This document shows, in pieces, positions 25,278-33,821 of a DNA stretch of 41,932 nucleotides. The notes beneath the pieces are model-generated. The model saw only the letters and a program-made list of their open reading frames with translations, searched no databases and was not told where the DNA came from. The translations under genes and the position numbers were made by a program. How positions within the stretch are numbered: position 1 is the first letter of the stretch; every line of letters starts with the position of its first letter. Source of the DNA: an uncultured Flavobacteriales bacterium (GTDB taxonomy: Bacteria > Bacteroidota > Bacteroidia > Flavobacteriales > UBA7312); contig CAXFLH010000002.1 in the NCBI GenBank assembly GCA_964003875.1, positions 1 to 41,932 on the forward strand, in the 5' to 3' direction.

Positions 25278-25613
25278 ATGGAAAGTACAAGACAGAAGAA
25301 AGTTTCTAGGCAGTTGTTGAAGGATTTGTCAGAAATATTACAACTCAAAGGACGAGACTTAATCGGCACTTCTTTAGTGTCCGTTACGGTGGTTAGAATT
25401 TCGCCTGATTTATCAATCGCTAGAGTATACATCAGTGTTTTTGGCACAGAAGACAAAGAGGCTTTATTGACTAAAATGAATCAGCAATCTTATGCTATTC
25501 GCAAAAAATTAGGGGAACGCATACGCAACCAAATGCGTAAAGTACCCGAACTGAAGTTTTTCCTTGACGATTCTGTCGATTACTCCCAACAAATAGAAGA
25601 TTTATTAAAGTAA
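25278..25613 (+). CDS. rbfA: Ribosome-binding factor A
   Basis: 111 aa. KKVSRQLLKDLSEIL...VTVVRISPDLSIARVYISVF is the canonical RbfA KH-like core. Confidence 0.88.
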   Translation: MESTRQKKVSRQLLKDLSEILQLKGRDLIGTSLVSVTVVRISPDLSIARVYISVFGTEDKEALLTKMNQQSYAIRKKLGERIRNQMRKVPELKFFLDDSVDYSQQIEDLLK

Positions 25614-25615
25614 GA

Positions 25616-26818
25616 TTGAAAGTCGCCTTTTATATCGCTAAGCGTTATTTGTTCTCTAAAAAGTCCAAAAATGTCGTTCATTATGTGAGCTTAGCTTCTA
25701 TGATTGGCGTAGGCATTGGTACTGCTGCTTTGATTCTTGTACTATCGGTATTCAACGGTTTTGAAAAACTTATTTTGTCGCTATACAATTCTTTTGATCC
25801 ACCCATCAAAGTGAGTGTTCTCGATGGCAAAGTGTCGGACTTTCAAGAGGCTAAAAATTACCTCGACGATAAGGCTATCTTATATTCTGAGGTTTTGGAA
25901 GAAGAGGTCTTGTTGCGCTATCAAGACAAAGAATACATCGCTACTCTTAAAGGAGTTGATGCTAATTTCAAAGCCATTAATGCTGTGGATAGTATGCTCA
26001 TTGCTGGTGATTATTTAGACATTTATTCAGCTAAACATACGGCAGTGGTGGGTCAAGGGGTGGCTTACTACCTTTCTATGAACATTGGAAATATATTTGA
26101 CCAACTGCAAGTCTATATACCAGACAGAGAAAAGAAGAACTTGTTAAGACCAGAAAACTCCTTCATTCAAAAAAGTATTCTGCCAGTAGGCGTTTTTGCT
26201 ATACAATCCGATTTTGATGCTGAATACGTATTAACCAATATTGCTTTTGTTAGAGAAGTGCTAAACAGAGATAGCTTGTCTTCTTCCTCTTTAGAAATAC
26301 GTTGTACTGATGCCGATATATCCACGATACAGACCGATTTACAAGATATATTAGGCGAGTCGTTTAGCGTTAAGAGTAAATACCAGCAACATGCTTTTTT
26401 ATATAAGATATTAAACTCTGAAAAATTAGCGGTATTTATCATTTTGAGTTTTATACTTATCATAGCGACCTTTAATATTATAGGAGCTTTAACAATGCTA
26501 ATGATAGAAAAGAAGAACGATATAAAACTGCTTTTTCACCTTGGTGCATCGCCTCAACTGGTTAAGCGTATCTTTTTCTTCGAAGGGCTTTTAACGACTG
26601 CTGTTGGGGCAATTACAGGTTTAATATTGGGTGTTTTCATCGTTTGGCTACAAATTCAGTTCGGACTAATAAAAATGGGAAACGGCTCTTTTGTAGTCGA
26701 TAGTTATCCTGTTGTTATAGAATCTTTAGACATATTGTTAGTGCTTATAACAGTCTTTGGAATTGGCTGTGTAGCTAGTCTAATACCAGCTAGGCAGTTG
26801 GTCAAACGCTATTTCTAA
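25616..26818 (+). CDS. FtsX-like ABC transporter permease (LolC/LolE-type)
   Basis: 400 aa. The N-terminus is FYIAKRYLFSKKSKN, followed by a TM helix, a large periplasmic domain and three C-terminal TM helices. The apparent TTG start lies 2 nt after the rbfA stop. rbfA followed by a LolE-like gene is common synteny in Bacteroidota. Confidence 0.8.
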   Translation: MKVAFYIAKRYLFSKKSKNVVHYVSLASMIGVGIGTAALILVLSVFNGFEKLILSLYNSFDPPIKVSVLDGKVSDFQEAKNYLDDKAILYSEVLEEEVLLRYQDKEYIATLKGVDANFKAINAVDSMLIAGDYLDIYSAKHTAVVGQGVAYYLSMNIGNIFDQLQVYIPDREKKNLLRPENSFIQKSILPVGVFAIQSDFDAEYVLTNIAFVREVLNRDSLSSSSLEIRCTDADISTIQTDLQDILGESFSVKSKYQQHAFLYKILNSEKLAVFIILSFILIIATFNIIGALTMLMIEKKNDIKLLFHLGASPQLVKRIFFFEGLLTTAVGAITGLILGVFIVWLQIQFGLIKMGNGSFVVDSYPVVIESLDILLVLITVFGIGCVASLIPARQLVKRYF

Positions 26819-27534
26819 ACCGTTTTAGATGAAGGTTCAATCAGACGATTTAACTCTTTCAGTTCAGATTTGCTCAAATCACGATGCTCACCCACTTTCA
26901 AATCGAGGTGAATATTCATTATACGAATACGCTTGAGTCTGACTACATGATAACCTAAGTATTCACACATTCGGCGAATTTGTCGGTTCAATCCTTGAGT
27001 CAGAATAATTTTAAAACGGTAATCCCCTATTTTTTTGACTTTACAAGGGCGAGTAATGGTGTCCAAAATAGGAATACCTTGACTCATCTTGCTCACAAAG
27101 TCAGCATCAATTTTTTTATTCACATGCACAATGTATTCCTTTTCGTGGTTGTTTCTGGCTCTTAGTATTTTGTTTACGATATCTCCATCATTAGTTAAAA
27201 GTATAAGCCCTTCACTTGCTTTGTCTAGTCTGCCAATGGGAAAAATACGTTTGGGATAGTTGAGGTAGTCTATGATGTTATCTTTTTCTACTCTAGTATC
27301 AGTAGTGCATACAATGCCCGTAGGTTTATTTAGGGCAATATAGACCGCTGCTTCTTCCGACTTACTTACCGCCTTGCCATCAACACACACCTTGTCTCCT
27401 TCTACTATTTTAGTTCCCATAAGTGGCACTTCACCATTGATGGTCACTCGTCCTTGTTCTATAAGTTTATCGGCAGCTCGTCTAGAACAATACCCTACTT
27501 CACTTAAATATTTATTGATACGTGTTTCTTTCAT
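26815..27534 (-). CDS. rluF: 23S rRNA pseudouridine synthase, RluF-type (RsuA family)
   Basis: 239 aa. It has an N-terminal S4 domain (RINKYLSEVGYCSRRAADKLI), the catalytic motif PIGRLDKASEGLILLTNDGD, and NHEKEY and GLNRQIRRMCE motifs. Confidence 0.85.
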   Translation of the reverse strand: MKETRINKYLSEVGYCSRRAADKLIEQGRVTINGEVPLMGTKIVEGDKVCVDGKAVSKSEEAAVYIALNKPTGIVCTTDTRVEKDNIIDYLNYPKRIFPIGRLDKASEGLILLTNDGDIVNKILRARNNHEKEYIVHVNKKIDADFVSKMSQGIPILDTITRPCKVKKIGDYRFKIILTQGLNRQIRRMCEYLGYHVVRLKRIRIMNIHLDLKVGEHRDLSKSELKELNRLIEPSSKTV

Positions 27535-28530
27535 TTAAGCAAATTCATATTCTCCAAATGTACGTTCTATTTCGCTAAGAATCTCAAAAAGTTCTTCTGG
27601 CTGTTGTGCCGTCACTAATCGCATTCTGTATTCTTTAAAATTTGGAATATGCTTAAAATAATTGGTGTAGTGTCGTCTTGTTTCTACAACACCTAAGATT
27701 GGACCTTTCCATTTTAAGGAAAATTCCAAATGCTCTTTACATACCTCTATGCGTTCTTTCATAGTAGGCTTAGGTAGTTCATGTCCTGTTTTTAGAAAGT
27801 GTTTTATTTCATTGAATATCCAAGGGTAACCAATGGCAGCACGACCTATCATAATGCCATCAACACCGTATTTATCACGTTTTAGTTGAGCAGTCTGTGG
27901 GCTATCCACATCGCCATTTCCAAAAACAGGAATGTGCATGCATGGGTTGTTTTTGACATCGGCAATAAGACTCCAATCGGCTTCTCCCTTATACATTTGT
28001 TTTCGAGTACGACCGTGTATAGCGATAGCTTTGATGCCAACATCTTGCAGTCGTTCAGCAATTTCAACGATGTGTTTGCTATTATCGTCCCAGCCCAATC
28101 GTGTTTTTACGGTTACTGGCAAATGAGTGGAATTGACAATCTCTTTGGTCATGGATACCATCTTAGGGATATCTTTGAGTATGCCCGAACCAGCTCCTTT
28201 GCAGGTTACTTTTTTAACGGGGCAACCGTAATTGATGTCTATGAAGTCAGGATTTACCTTCTCACATATTTTGGTGGTTTGCTTCATGGACTCTATATCG
28301 TGTCCAAAAATTTGAATGGCTAGTGGGCGTTCGTAATCGAAGAAATCTAATTTTTGAGTACTCTTTACCGCATCTCGTATTAGACCTTCTGAAGAGATGA
28401 ACTCCGTGTACATAACATCGGCTCCGTGGCGTTTGCACAATGCACGAAATGGCGGGTCACTGACATCTTCCATAGGGGCTAATAGCAATGGAAACTCACC
28501 TAAATCGATATTACCTATCTTTACACTCAT
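27535..28530 (-). CDS. dusB: tRNA-dihydrouridine synthase
   Basis: LLLAPMEDVSDPPFR, NYGCPVKKV (catalytic Cys) and HGRTR motifs are present. I place the start at the internal Met (MSVKIGNIDLG, ATG at 28530). Confidence 0.88.
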   Translation of the reverse strand: MSVKIGNIDLGEFPLLLAPMEDVSDPPFRALCKRHGADVMYTEFISSEGLIRDAVKSTQKLDFFDYERPLAIQIFGHDIESMKQTTKICEKVNPDFIDINYGCPVKKVTCKGAGSGILKDIPKMVSMTKEIVNSTHLPVTVKTRLGWDDNSKHIVEIAERLQDVGIKAIAIHGRTRKQMYKGEADWSLIADVKNNPCMHIPVFGNGDVDSPQTAQLKRDKYGVDGIMIGRAAIGYPWIFNEIKHFLKTGHELPKPTMKERIEVCKEHLEFSLKWKGPILGVVETRRHYTNYFKHIPNFKEYRMRLVTAQQPEELFEILSEIERTFGEYEFA

Positions 28531-28535
28531 TTTTG

Positions 28536-28543
28536 CAAAATTA
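28536..28543 (-). promoter_or_regulatory. Candidate -7 box (TAATTTTG) 5 nt upstream of the dusB ATG
   Basis: The minus strand reads TAATTTTG-CAAAA-ATG. Confidence 0.4.
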
Positions 28544-28561
28544 ACTAATTTATTATTCGAT

Positions 28562-29452
28562 ATGAATCTTAAAGGCATTTATCAAGATTATGCACCCATA
28601 AAGCAAGTCTTTATCTTATTGATGTTGCTATTTGTGAGTTTTATTGTCTTCAACGCTTTAGGTATGATAGGTGTTAGCCTCATTGATGCACCTTCTCTAA
28701 GTGATTTTGAGAATAAAGCTACCATACAATCCTTGAAGTTTTTACAAGCGTTTAGCTCTATTGGAATATTCATTGTACCCCCTTTTTTATTTGCCTACCT
28801 GACGTCTAAGTCACTAAATTTTAACGCAGTGAGTCGTCAGCAATTTTTGTTGACTGTAGCTATTATGTGCTTTGCTTTCCCTTTGATTAATGCCTTAGCT
28901 TTATGGAATGAAGGTTTGCATTTACCATCTTTTTTGCCTCGCCTAGAAGACTGGATACGTTCGGCAGAAAGTCAGGCTATGCAGATAACGGAGGCCTTTT
29001 TAAAGGTTGATCATTGGTCGGGATTATTGCTCAATATCCTAATTATTGGTGTTATTCCAGCACTTGGCGAGGAGTTATTATTTAGGGGAGTCATACAGAA
29101 AGAGTTGTTTTCTAGAAATGGCAAAATACACTTGAGCATTTGGATAACAGCTTTTTTATTTAGTGCTATGCACTTGCAATTTTTAGGCTTTATACCTCGC
29201 TTTCTAATCGGTGGCTTGTTGGGTTATTTGTTTTATTGGAGTGGTTCAATATGGTTACCTATTTTGGCGCATTTTGTCAATAATGCAGGAGCAGTTATCT
29301 TGAGTTACTTCATTAACCAACAAAGCATCTCCAAAGAGGTTGAGCATCTAGGGGCTGAAGATGGTCAATTATCTATGCTTGTCATCGCTTTATTGGGGCT
29401 GCTCATGTTGCTGTATTTGCTCAAGACGATTTCTAAACCACAATCGATCTAA
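28562..29452 (+). CDS. CPBP-family intramembrane glutamic endopeptidase (CAAX protease-like)
   Basis: A polytopic membrane protein with the EELLFRG motif, FSAMH and HFVNN motifs of the CPBP/Abi family. I place the start at the internal Met (MNLKGIYQDY, ATG at 28562) because the longer track ORF runs antisense through dusB. Confidence 0.8.
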   Translation: MNLKGIYQDYAPIKQVFILLMLLFVSFIVFNALGMIGVSLIDAPSLSDFENKATIQSLKFLQAFSSIGIFIVPPFLFAYLTSKSLNFNAVSRQQFLLTVAIMCFAFPLINALALWNEGLHLPSFLPRLEDWIRSAESQAMQITEAFLKVDHWSGLLLNILIIGVIPALGEELLFRGVIQKELFSRNGKIHLSIWITAFLFSAMHLQFLGFIPRFLIGGLLGYLFYWSGSIWLPILAHFVNNAGAVILSYFINQQSISKEVEHLGAEDGQLSMLVIALLGLLMLLYLLKTISKPQSI

Positions 29453-29456
29453 AAAA

Positions 29457-29480
29457 AAAGACCCGTAAAAACGGGTCTTT
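29457..29480. terminator. Intrinsic terminator hairpin shared by the convergent CPBP gene and the exbD operon
   Basis: AAAGACCCGT-AAAA-ACGGGTCTTT forms a perfect 10-bp stem with a 4-nt loop. On the minus strand it is followed by a run of T (complement of the A9 at 29451-29459), so it is strongest for the exb operon. The plus-strand T tail is weaker. Confidence 0.75.
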
Positions 29481-29503
29481 AACTTTAAAATATTGAACAA
29501 TTC

Positions 29504-29971
29504 TTACTGAACTTTCTTCCTTGTAGAATAGTTAATCTTGAGTGCATTGGCTTTACGAAGCTCTTGCTTGACGTCAGTTACAATACCCATTTTGGTATTT
29601 TGGTCAGCCTTTATAGAAGTGGTCATAAACGGCACTTCTTTTTCGTCACGAGAAGTACGCTCGGCAGTAATGTACTGTGGAATATCATCTACAGTAGCAA
29701 AGGCATCGTTGAGCTGAATACGGGCTTTAGTACCATAAGTGCCTTGCATTCTCTCCACTGGACTTCCAATGTAGATATAGCTTACTAAAGATTTCTTTTC
29801 AAGCTTTTGAATTTCTGTCGCTTGTGGTAAACTTTGTTGTACCATAATGGTGGTTTCACGCATAACGGTTGTTACCATAAAGAAAAACAACAGCATAAAT
29901 ACGATATCGGGTAGCGATGCTGTCGATATTCCTGGCGTATCCTTTTTCGAATCTTTTCTGAATTTAGACAT
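29504..29971 (-). CDS. exbD: ExbD/TolR-family biopolymer transport protein
   Basis: 155 aa. The N-terminal single TM region has the LPDIVFMLLFFFMV pattern typical of ExbD. Confidence 0.8.
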   Translation of the reverse strand: MSKFRKDSKKDTPGISTASLPDIVFMLLFFFMVTTVMRETTIMVQQSLPQATEIQKLEKKSLVSYIYIGSPVERMQGTYGTKARIQLNDAFATVDDIPQYITAERTSRDEKEVPFMTTSIKADQNTKMGIVTDVKQELRKANALKINYSTRKKVQ

Positions 29972-29973
29972 AA

Positions 29974-30519
29974 TTAGTTTCCTATATTTTTGGGTTCTGC
30001 TTCGGAGATTTTTTGAGGGTATTCCTTTCTTATCTCTTTCTGCTGTGTCTTGTTCAAATCAGCATACATCATGCCAAAACGTTGCATAGCCTTAGCGTCT
30101 CTGAGCTCTCTATAAGCAGCCGCCAATTCGTTTTGCACTTGAATGTAGGTTTCGTAAGATGTTCCTCTATCGTTCTGCAATGAGATAATGGCTTTTTGTG
30201 GGTTGTCCGATGACTCGGGATTACGACCATTATTATTGATAAAAGCTTTAGCACCTGCACGAAGTTGTGTGATATCCATAAACTCGTTTTCTACCAATAA
30301 TTGGTTATTGGAGTTTATCAGTACCACATAGATGTTTTTGGCTTTGATTTGAGAATCATCTTGAATAACATCTTCTTCAGGCATAGGAGGCAGTTTACGC
30401 GCCAAACCGGTATCCACATCCATAGTAGTAGTTACTAGGAAGAAGATAAGCAGTAAGAAGGCGATATCTGCCATAGAGCCTGCATTGATTTCCGATGCAC
30501 CTTTTGCTCTTCTTGCCAT
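29974..30519 (-). CDS. exbD: ExbD/TolR-family biopolymer transport protein (second paralog)
   Basis: 181 aa. The N-terminal INAGSMADIAFLLLIFFLVTT is the ExbD TM signature. Confidence 0.8.
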   Translation of the reverse strand: MARRAKGASEINAGSMADIAFLLLIFFLVTTTMDVDTGLARKLPPMPEEDVIQDDSQIKAKNIYVVLINSNNQLLVENEFMDITQLRAGAKAFINNNGRNPESSDNPQKAIISLQNDRGTSYETYIQVQNELAAAYRELRDAKAMQRFGMMYADLNKTQQKEIRKEYPQKISEAEPKNIGN

Positions 30520-30522
30520 AAT

Positions 30523-30861
30523 TTACTTTTTAAATAGTTTACCTAACTCAGCATAAAGAACGGCTAGAATAGCACCAATAGAAAGTATGTAGAAGGTAAT
30601 TAAACCCATACCTACTCTTTTAGTGGAGGCTTCTGTCATTCCAAACTTTTCAGAACCAGGGAAAGTCATTAAATCTCCTGATGCGATGATGTAAGATACA
30701 ACCGCTATAAGCAGCAATCCACCAACACCCATCAACGCTGTTTTGCCTTTTGAAGGATTCTTAGCCAAGAACATCAAAGGATAGATAACGGCTGCTAGGG
30801 CAGCAACACCTATCATAATGTAGGTTAGAATCAGTCCGGCATTGATTAGAAAATCCGACAT
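30523..30861 (-). CDS. Small integral membrane protein of the ExbB-ExbD cluster
   Basis: 112 aa with three to four hydrophobic helices and no recognisable motif. It is tightly packed, 2-3 nt from both neighbours. Confidence 0.6.
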   Translation of the reverse strand: MSDFLINAGLILTYIMIGVAALAAVIYPLMFLAKNPSKGKTALMGVGGLLLIAVVSYIIASGDLMTFPGSEKFGMTEASTKRVGMGLITFYILSIGAILAVLYAELGKLFKK

Positions 30862-30863
30862 GC

Positions 30864-31679
30864 TTATTTAATTTTGTTTTTTACTAAAATGTCTACAAAG
30901 GAGATAGAAGCATCTTCCATAGTATTTACGATGCTATCAATTTTTGCAACGATATAGTTGTAAAAGATTTGTAATATCATCGCTACGATGAGGCCGAATA
31001 CAGTAGTTAAAAGTGCTACTTTAATACCTCCTGCAACTAGTGATGGAGAAATGTCTCCTGCCGCCTCAATAGCGTCAAAAGCACCAATCATACCAATTAC
31101 AGTACCCATGAAACCAAGCATTGGTGCTAAAGCGATAAATAATGAAATCCATGAAAGACCTCTTTCTAATAAGCCCATTTGTACACTTCCGTAAGCAACT
31201 ACTGACTTTTCTACTACATCAATACCCTCGCCAGAACGGTCTAAGCCTTGATAAAATATACTTGCTACAGGACCAGCAGTATTTCTACATACTTCTTTGG
31301 CAGCATCTACATTACCTGAAGATAAAGCTCCTTCGATGTCTGATAATAGAGCATCAGCATTAGTAGTAGCTTTGTTTAGGTAGATGATTCTTTCTATACA
31401 TAGTGCTAATCCTAAGATAAGACACAATAGAACGATACCCATAAATGATGGACCACCTTCAATAAATTTTTGTTTGATGACTTGGTGAAAAGAAGGACTT
31501 TCTTCTACCGCAGCACTTGGTGCTTCTGGAGTTGTTTCCACCACTTCTTCTTTAACAGCTGCTGTTTCTTCAACGACTGTAGTTGTGTCAATTTCATCTT
31601 GTACTGTAGCAAAAGTTGCTTGACTTAACCCAAAGGTCAGGGAAATAGTCAGCATAAAAAGAGCTAATAGATTTTTCAT
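30864..31679 (-). CDS. exbB: MotA/TolQ/ExbB proton-channel family protein with an acidic N-terminal extension
   Basis: 271 aa. After the signal peptide comes a Thr/Glu/Val-rich low-complexity segment. The ExbB core then has three TM helices and the APMLGFMGTVIGMI motif. Confidence 0.85.
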   Translation of the reverse strand: MKNLLALFMLTISLTFGLSQATFATVQDEIDTTTVVEETAAVKEEVVETTPEAPSAAVEESPSFHQVIKQKFIEGGPSFMGIVLLCLILGLALCIERIIYLNKATTNADALLSDIEGALSSGNVDAAKEVCRNTAGPVASIFYQGLDRSGEGIDVVEKSVVAYGSVQMGLLERGLSWISLFIALAPMLGFMGTVIGMIGAFDAIEAAGDISPSLVAGGIKVALLTTVFGLIVAMILQIFYNYIVAKIDSIVNTMEDASISFVDILVKNKIK

Positions 31680-31718
31680 TTCAATATTAGTTTTAAATTG
31701 TTTTTTTTAAAGTTCTCG

Positions 31719-31726
31719 CAAATTTA
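31719..31726 (-). promoter_or_regulatory. Candidate -7 box (TAAATTTG) for the exbB operon
   Basis: The reverse complement of CAAATTTA matches TAnnTTTG, 39 nt upstream of the exbB ATG. Confidence 0.4.
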
Positions 31727-31857
31727 CACAAATTAATAGTTTAAAAAAATGTGCTGGAAAATTAAATCTTAAGTAAGTTGCATTGTGGCAATAACAAACA
31801 GCCTTTGTTAGCGCGAGCATCCTTGCTAGTTCCACTCTATTTAAGGTCTTTAAACAG

Positions 31858-31880
31858 AAAAAACACCCTTCGGATGCTTT
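31858..31880 (-). terminator. Weak hairpin plus T-run downstream of tRNA-Ser
   Basis: The minus strand reads GCATCC-GAA-GGGTG followed by TTTTTT. The stem is only 5 bp and includes a G-U pair. Confidence 0.3.
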
Positions 31881-31888
31881 TGTCTATT

Positions 31889-31973
31889 GCGGAAAGGAAG
31901 GGATTCGAACCCCCGATACGTTTCCGTATACACGCTTTCCAAGCGTGCGCCTTAAGCCACTCGGCCACCTTTC
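31889..31973 (-). tRNA. tRNA-Ser (anticodon GGA), class II with a long variable arm; CCA not encoded
   Basis: Folded by hand from the reverse complement GGAAAGGTGGCCGAGTGGCTTAAGGCGCACGCTTGGAAAGCGTGTATACGGAAACGTATCGGGGGTTCGAATCCCTTCCTTTCCG. The acceptor stem is GGAAAGG/CCTTTCC. The anticodon stem is CACGC/GCGTG with loop TTGGAAA. The variable arm is ATACG-GAAA-CGTAT. The T loop is TTCGAAT, and the T stem has two G-U pairs. Confidence 0.88.
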
Positions 31974-31984
31974 CAAAGGGGTCA

Positions 31985-31992
31985 CAAAACTA
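31985..31992 (-). promoter_or_regulatory. Candidate -7 box (TAGTTTTG) for tRNA-Ser
   Basis: The reverse complement of CAAAACTA matches TAnnTTTG, 11 nt upstream of the mature tRNA 5' end. Confidence 0.45.
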
Positions 31993-32003
31993 AGAAATGC
32001 ATT

Positions 32004-33008
32004 TTAATTGCTAAGCTCTCCTCTTAAAGAAATTTGAAGGTGTTGTTTTATTTCTTCTTGTGAATAGTCAGTACCTAATAAGTACATCATTTTAGCTAGT
32101 GCTGCTTCGGTGGTCATATCTTTACCACCAATTACACCGAGTTCTTCTAGTTTGGAGCTCGTTTCGTACAAGCCTTGACTCACGCTACCCGACAAACATT
32201 GACTCACGTTTAAAATCAATTTCCCATTATCTATGGCAGTTTGTATAGCCGCTAAAAACCAATCGGCAGTAGTGGCGTTACCTGCACCAAAGGTTTCCAA
32301 AATAATACCTTTATAAGGCAAGTCCAATACTTTAGCGATGTATTCTTTTTTCATGCTTGGAAACAGTTTTAGAATAAGAACGTCTTCGCATAAATCGGTA
32401 TGTACTTTCAAGTCTTTATGAGTATGGTCGTATTTTATAGGGCTGTATTTTATATCCAAACCCGCTTCTGCCAAATAGATGAAGTTAGGACTTTTAAAGG
32501 CCTCAAAATGTTCGGCATTGGCTTTGGTACATCGGTTGCCTCGCATCAGTCGGTATTCAAAGTAAACACATACTTCTGGAATATTCCCTTGAGCAGCAAT
32601 CTCAATGGAGGTAATGATATTTTCTTTAGCGTCTGTTCGGCGTACTCCGATGGGCAATTGTGCGCCAGTAAGGATAATAGGCTTATTTAAATTTTCTAGC
32701 ATAAAGCTAAGTGCTGATGCGGTATACGCCATGGTATCTGAGCCATGAAGAATAACAAAACCGTTGTAGTTGTTGTACTCTTTTTCAATAATTTCTGCCA
32801 ATTGTATCCATACTTCTTTGGACATATTGGAGGAGTCTATGGGCTGTGCTATACTTATGGCATTGATGTCAATATCAAAGGTGTTAAGCTCAGGAATTTG
32901 TGTGCTAAGGGTGCCCAAATCGAAAGGTCTTAAGCTACCTTCATTGGTCTTGTACATGCCTATTGTACCACCTGTATATATTAGTAAAACGGAATCGGAT
33001 TGTCTCAT
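32004..33008 (-). CDS. ansA: Type I L-asparaginase
   Basis: 334 aa. The N-terminal LLIYTGGTIGM contains the catalytic Thr motif, and HGSDTMAYTASAL is the second signature. There is an ATGA overlap with the tatD stop. Confidence 0.88.
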   Translation of the reverse strand: MRQSDSVLLIYTGGTIGMYKTNEGSLRPFDLGTLSTQIPELNTFDIDINAISIAQPIDSSNMSKEVWIQLAEIIEKEYNNYNGFVILHGSDTMAYTASALSFMLENLNKPIILTGAQLPIGVRRTDAKENIITSIEIAAQGNIPEVCVYFEYRLMRGNRCTKANAEHFEAFKSPNFIYLAEAGLDIKYSPIKYDHTHKDLKVHTDLCEDVLILKLFPSMKKEYIAKVLDLPYKGIILETFGAGNATTADWFLAAIQTAIDNGKLILNVSQCLSGSVSQGLYETSSKLEELGVIGGKDMTTEAALAKMMYLLGTDYSQEEIKQHLQISLRGELSN

Positions 33009-33772
33009 AGCTTAAAAAGTGTTTTAGCATTTTGTGTAGTTGTTCTTGCCACTTCTTCGATATTTACTTCATAGATTTCTGCCAATTTTTGTGCCATTAG
33101 TAGAATGTAGGAGCTTTCGTTACGCTGTCCTCTGTGTGGTGTAGGGGCAAGGTATGGACTATCGGTTTCTAATAAAAGTTTTTCTAGTGGAAGCTCTTTT
33201 AAGGTTTTGTCTAAGCCACTATTTTTGAAGGTAACGACTCCGCCTATGCCAAGCATAAAGTCCATGTCTATGGCTTTTTGTCCTTGCTCTTTAGTGCCTG
33301 TAAAACAATGAAAAACGCCTCTTAAATTTTGGTCATTGACTTCTTCTATCACTTCGAAAATTGCATCGAAACTTTCTCTAATATGTATGGCTACTGGCAA
33401 GTCGTATTCTTTAGCCCATATCAATTGCTGACGGAAAGCCTTTTTTTGAATAGCTAATGTGCTTTTGTCCCAATACAAATCGATGCCAATTTCACCTACT
33501 GCTACATACTTCCCTTTGTCAAGGTGAGATTTGACAATTTCTAATTCTTGCTCATAATCGTCTTTGACATCGCAGGGATGCAGCCCCATCATTGGATAGC
33601 AATGCTGTGGAAAATCTTGGCACAGCTGGTGCATCGCCTCTACCGTTTCACTATTGATATTGGGCAATAGCATTTTGTCAACGCCTTGTTCAATGGCTTT
33701 TTGAACAACTTGGTGTCTGTCTTCATTAAATTGGCTAGAAAATAAATGTGTATGCGTATCTATTAGATTCAT
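33005..33772 (-). CDS. tatD: TatD-family metal-dependent hydrolase
   Basis: 255 aa. IDTHTHL, VGEIGIDLYW, AIHIRES, GVFHCFTG and LLETDSPYL are the conserved TatD metal-binding blocks. Confidence 0.9.
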   Translation of the reverse strand: MNLIDTHTHLFSSQFNEDRHQVVQKAIEQGVDKMLLPNINSETVEAMHQLCQDFPQHCYPMMGLHPCDVKDDYEQELEIVKSHLDKGKYVAVGEIGIDLYWDKSTLAIQKKAFRQQLIWAKEYDLPVAIHIRESFDAIFEVIEEVNDQNLRGVFHCFTGTKEQGQKAIDMDFMLGIGGVVTFKNSGLDKTLKELPLEKLLLETDSPYLAPTPHRGQRNESSYILLMAQKLAEIYEVNIEEVARTTTQNAKTLFKL

Positions 33773-33777
33773 GGGGG

Positions 33778-33785
33778 CAAAATTA
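33778..33785 (-). promoter_or_regulatory. Candidate -7 box (TAATTTTG) 5 nt upstream of the tatD ATG
   Basis: The minus strand reads TAATTTTG-CCCCC-ATG. Confidence 0.4.
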
Positions 33786-33797
33786 GGATAATTTCTT

Positions 33798-33805
33798 TAG
33801 CTTTG
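33798..33805 (+). promoter_or_regulatory. Candidate -7 box (TAGCTTTG) for the GT9 gene
   Basis: Matches TAnnTTTG 16 nt upstream of the ATG at 33822. Confidence 0.4.
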
Positions 33806-33821
33806 AAGAGTGTCAAAATCG

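Noticed and set aside
31778-31993. 71-aa plus-strand ORF between exbB and ansA.
   Set aside because: It runs antisense across the well-folding tRNA-Ser(GGA) at 31889-31973 and its promoter and terminator. The tRNA explains the conservation-like appearance of this stretch.
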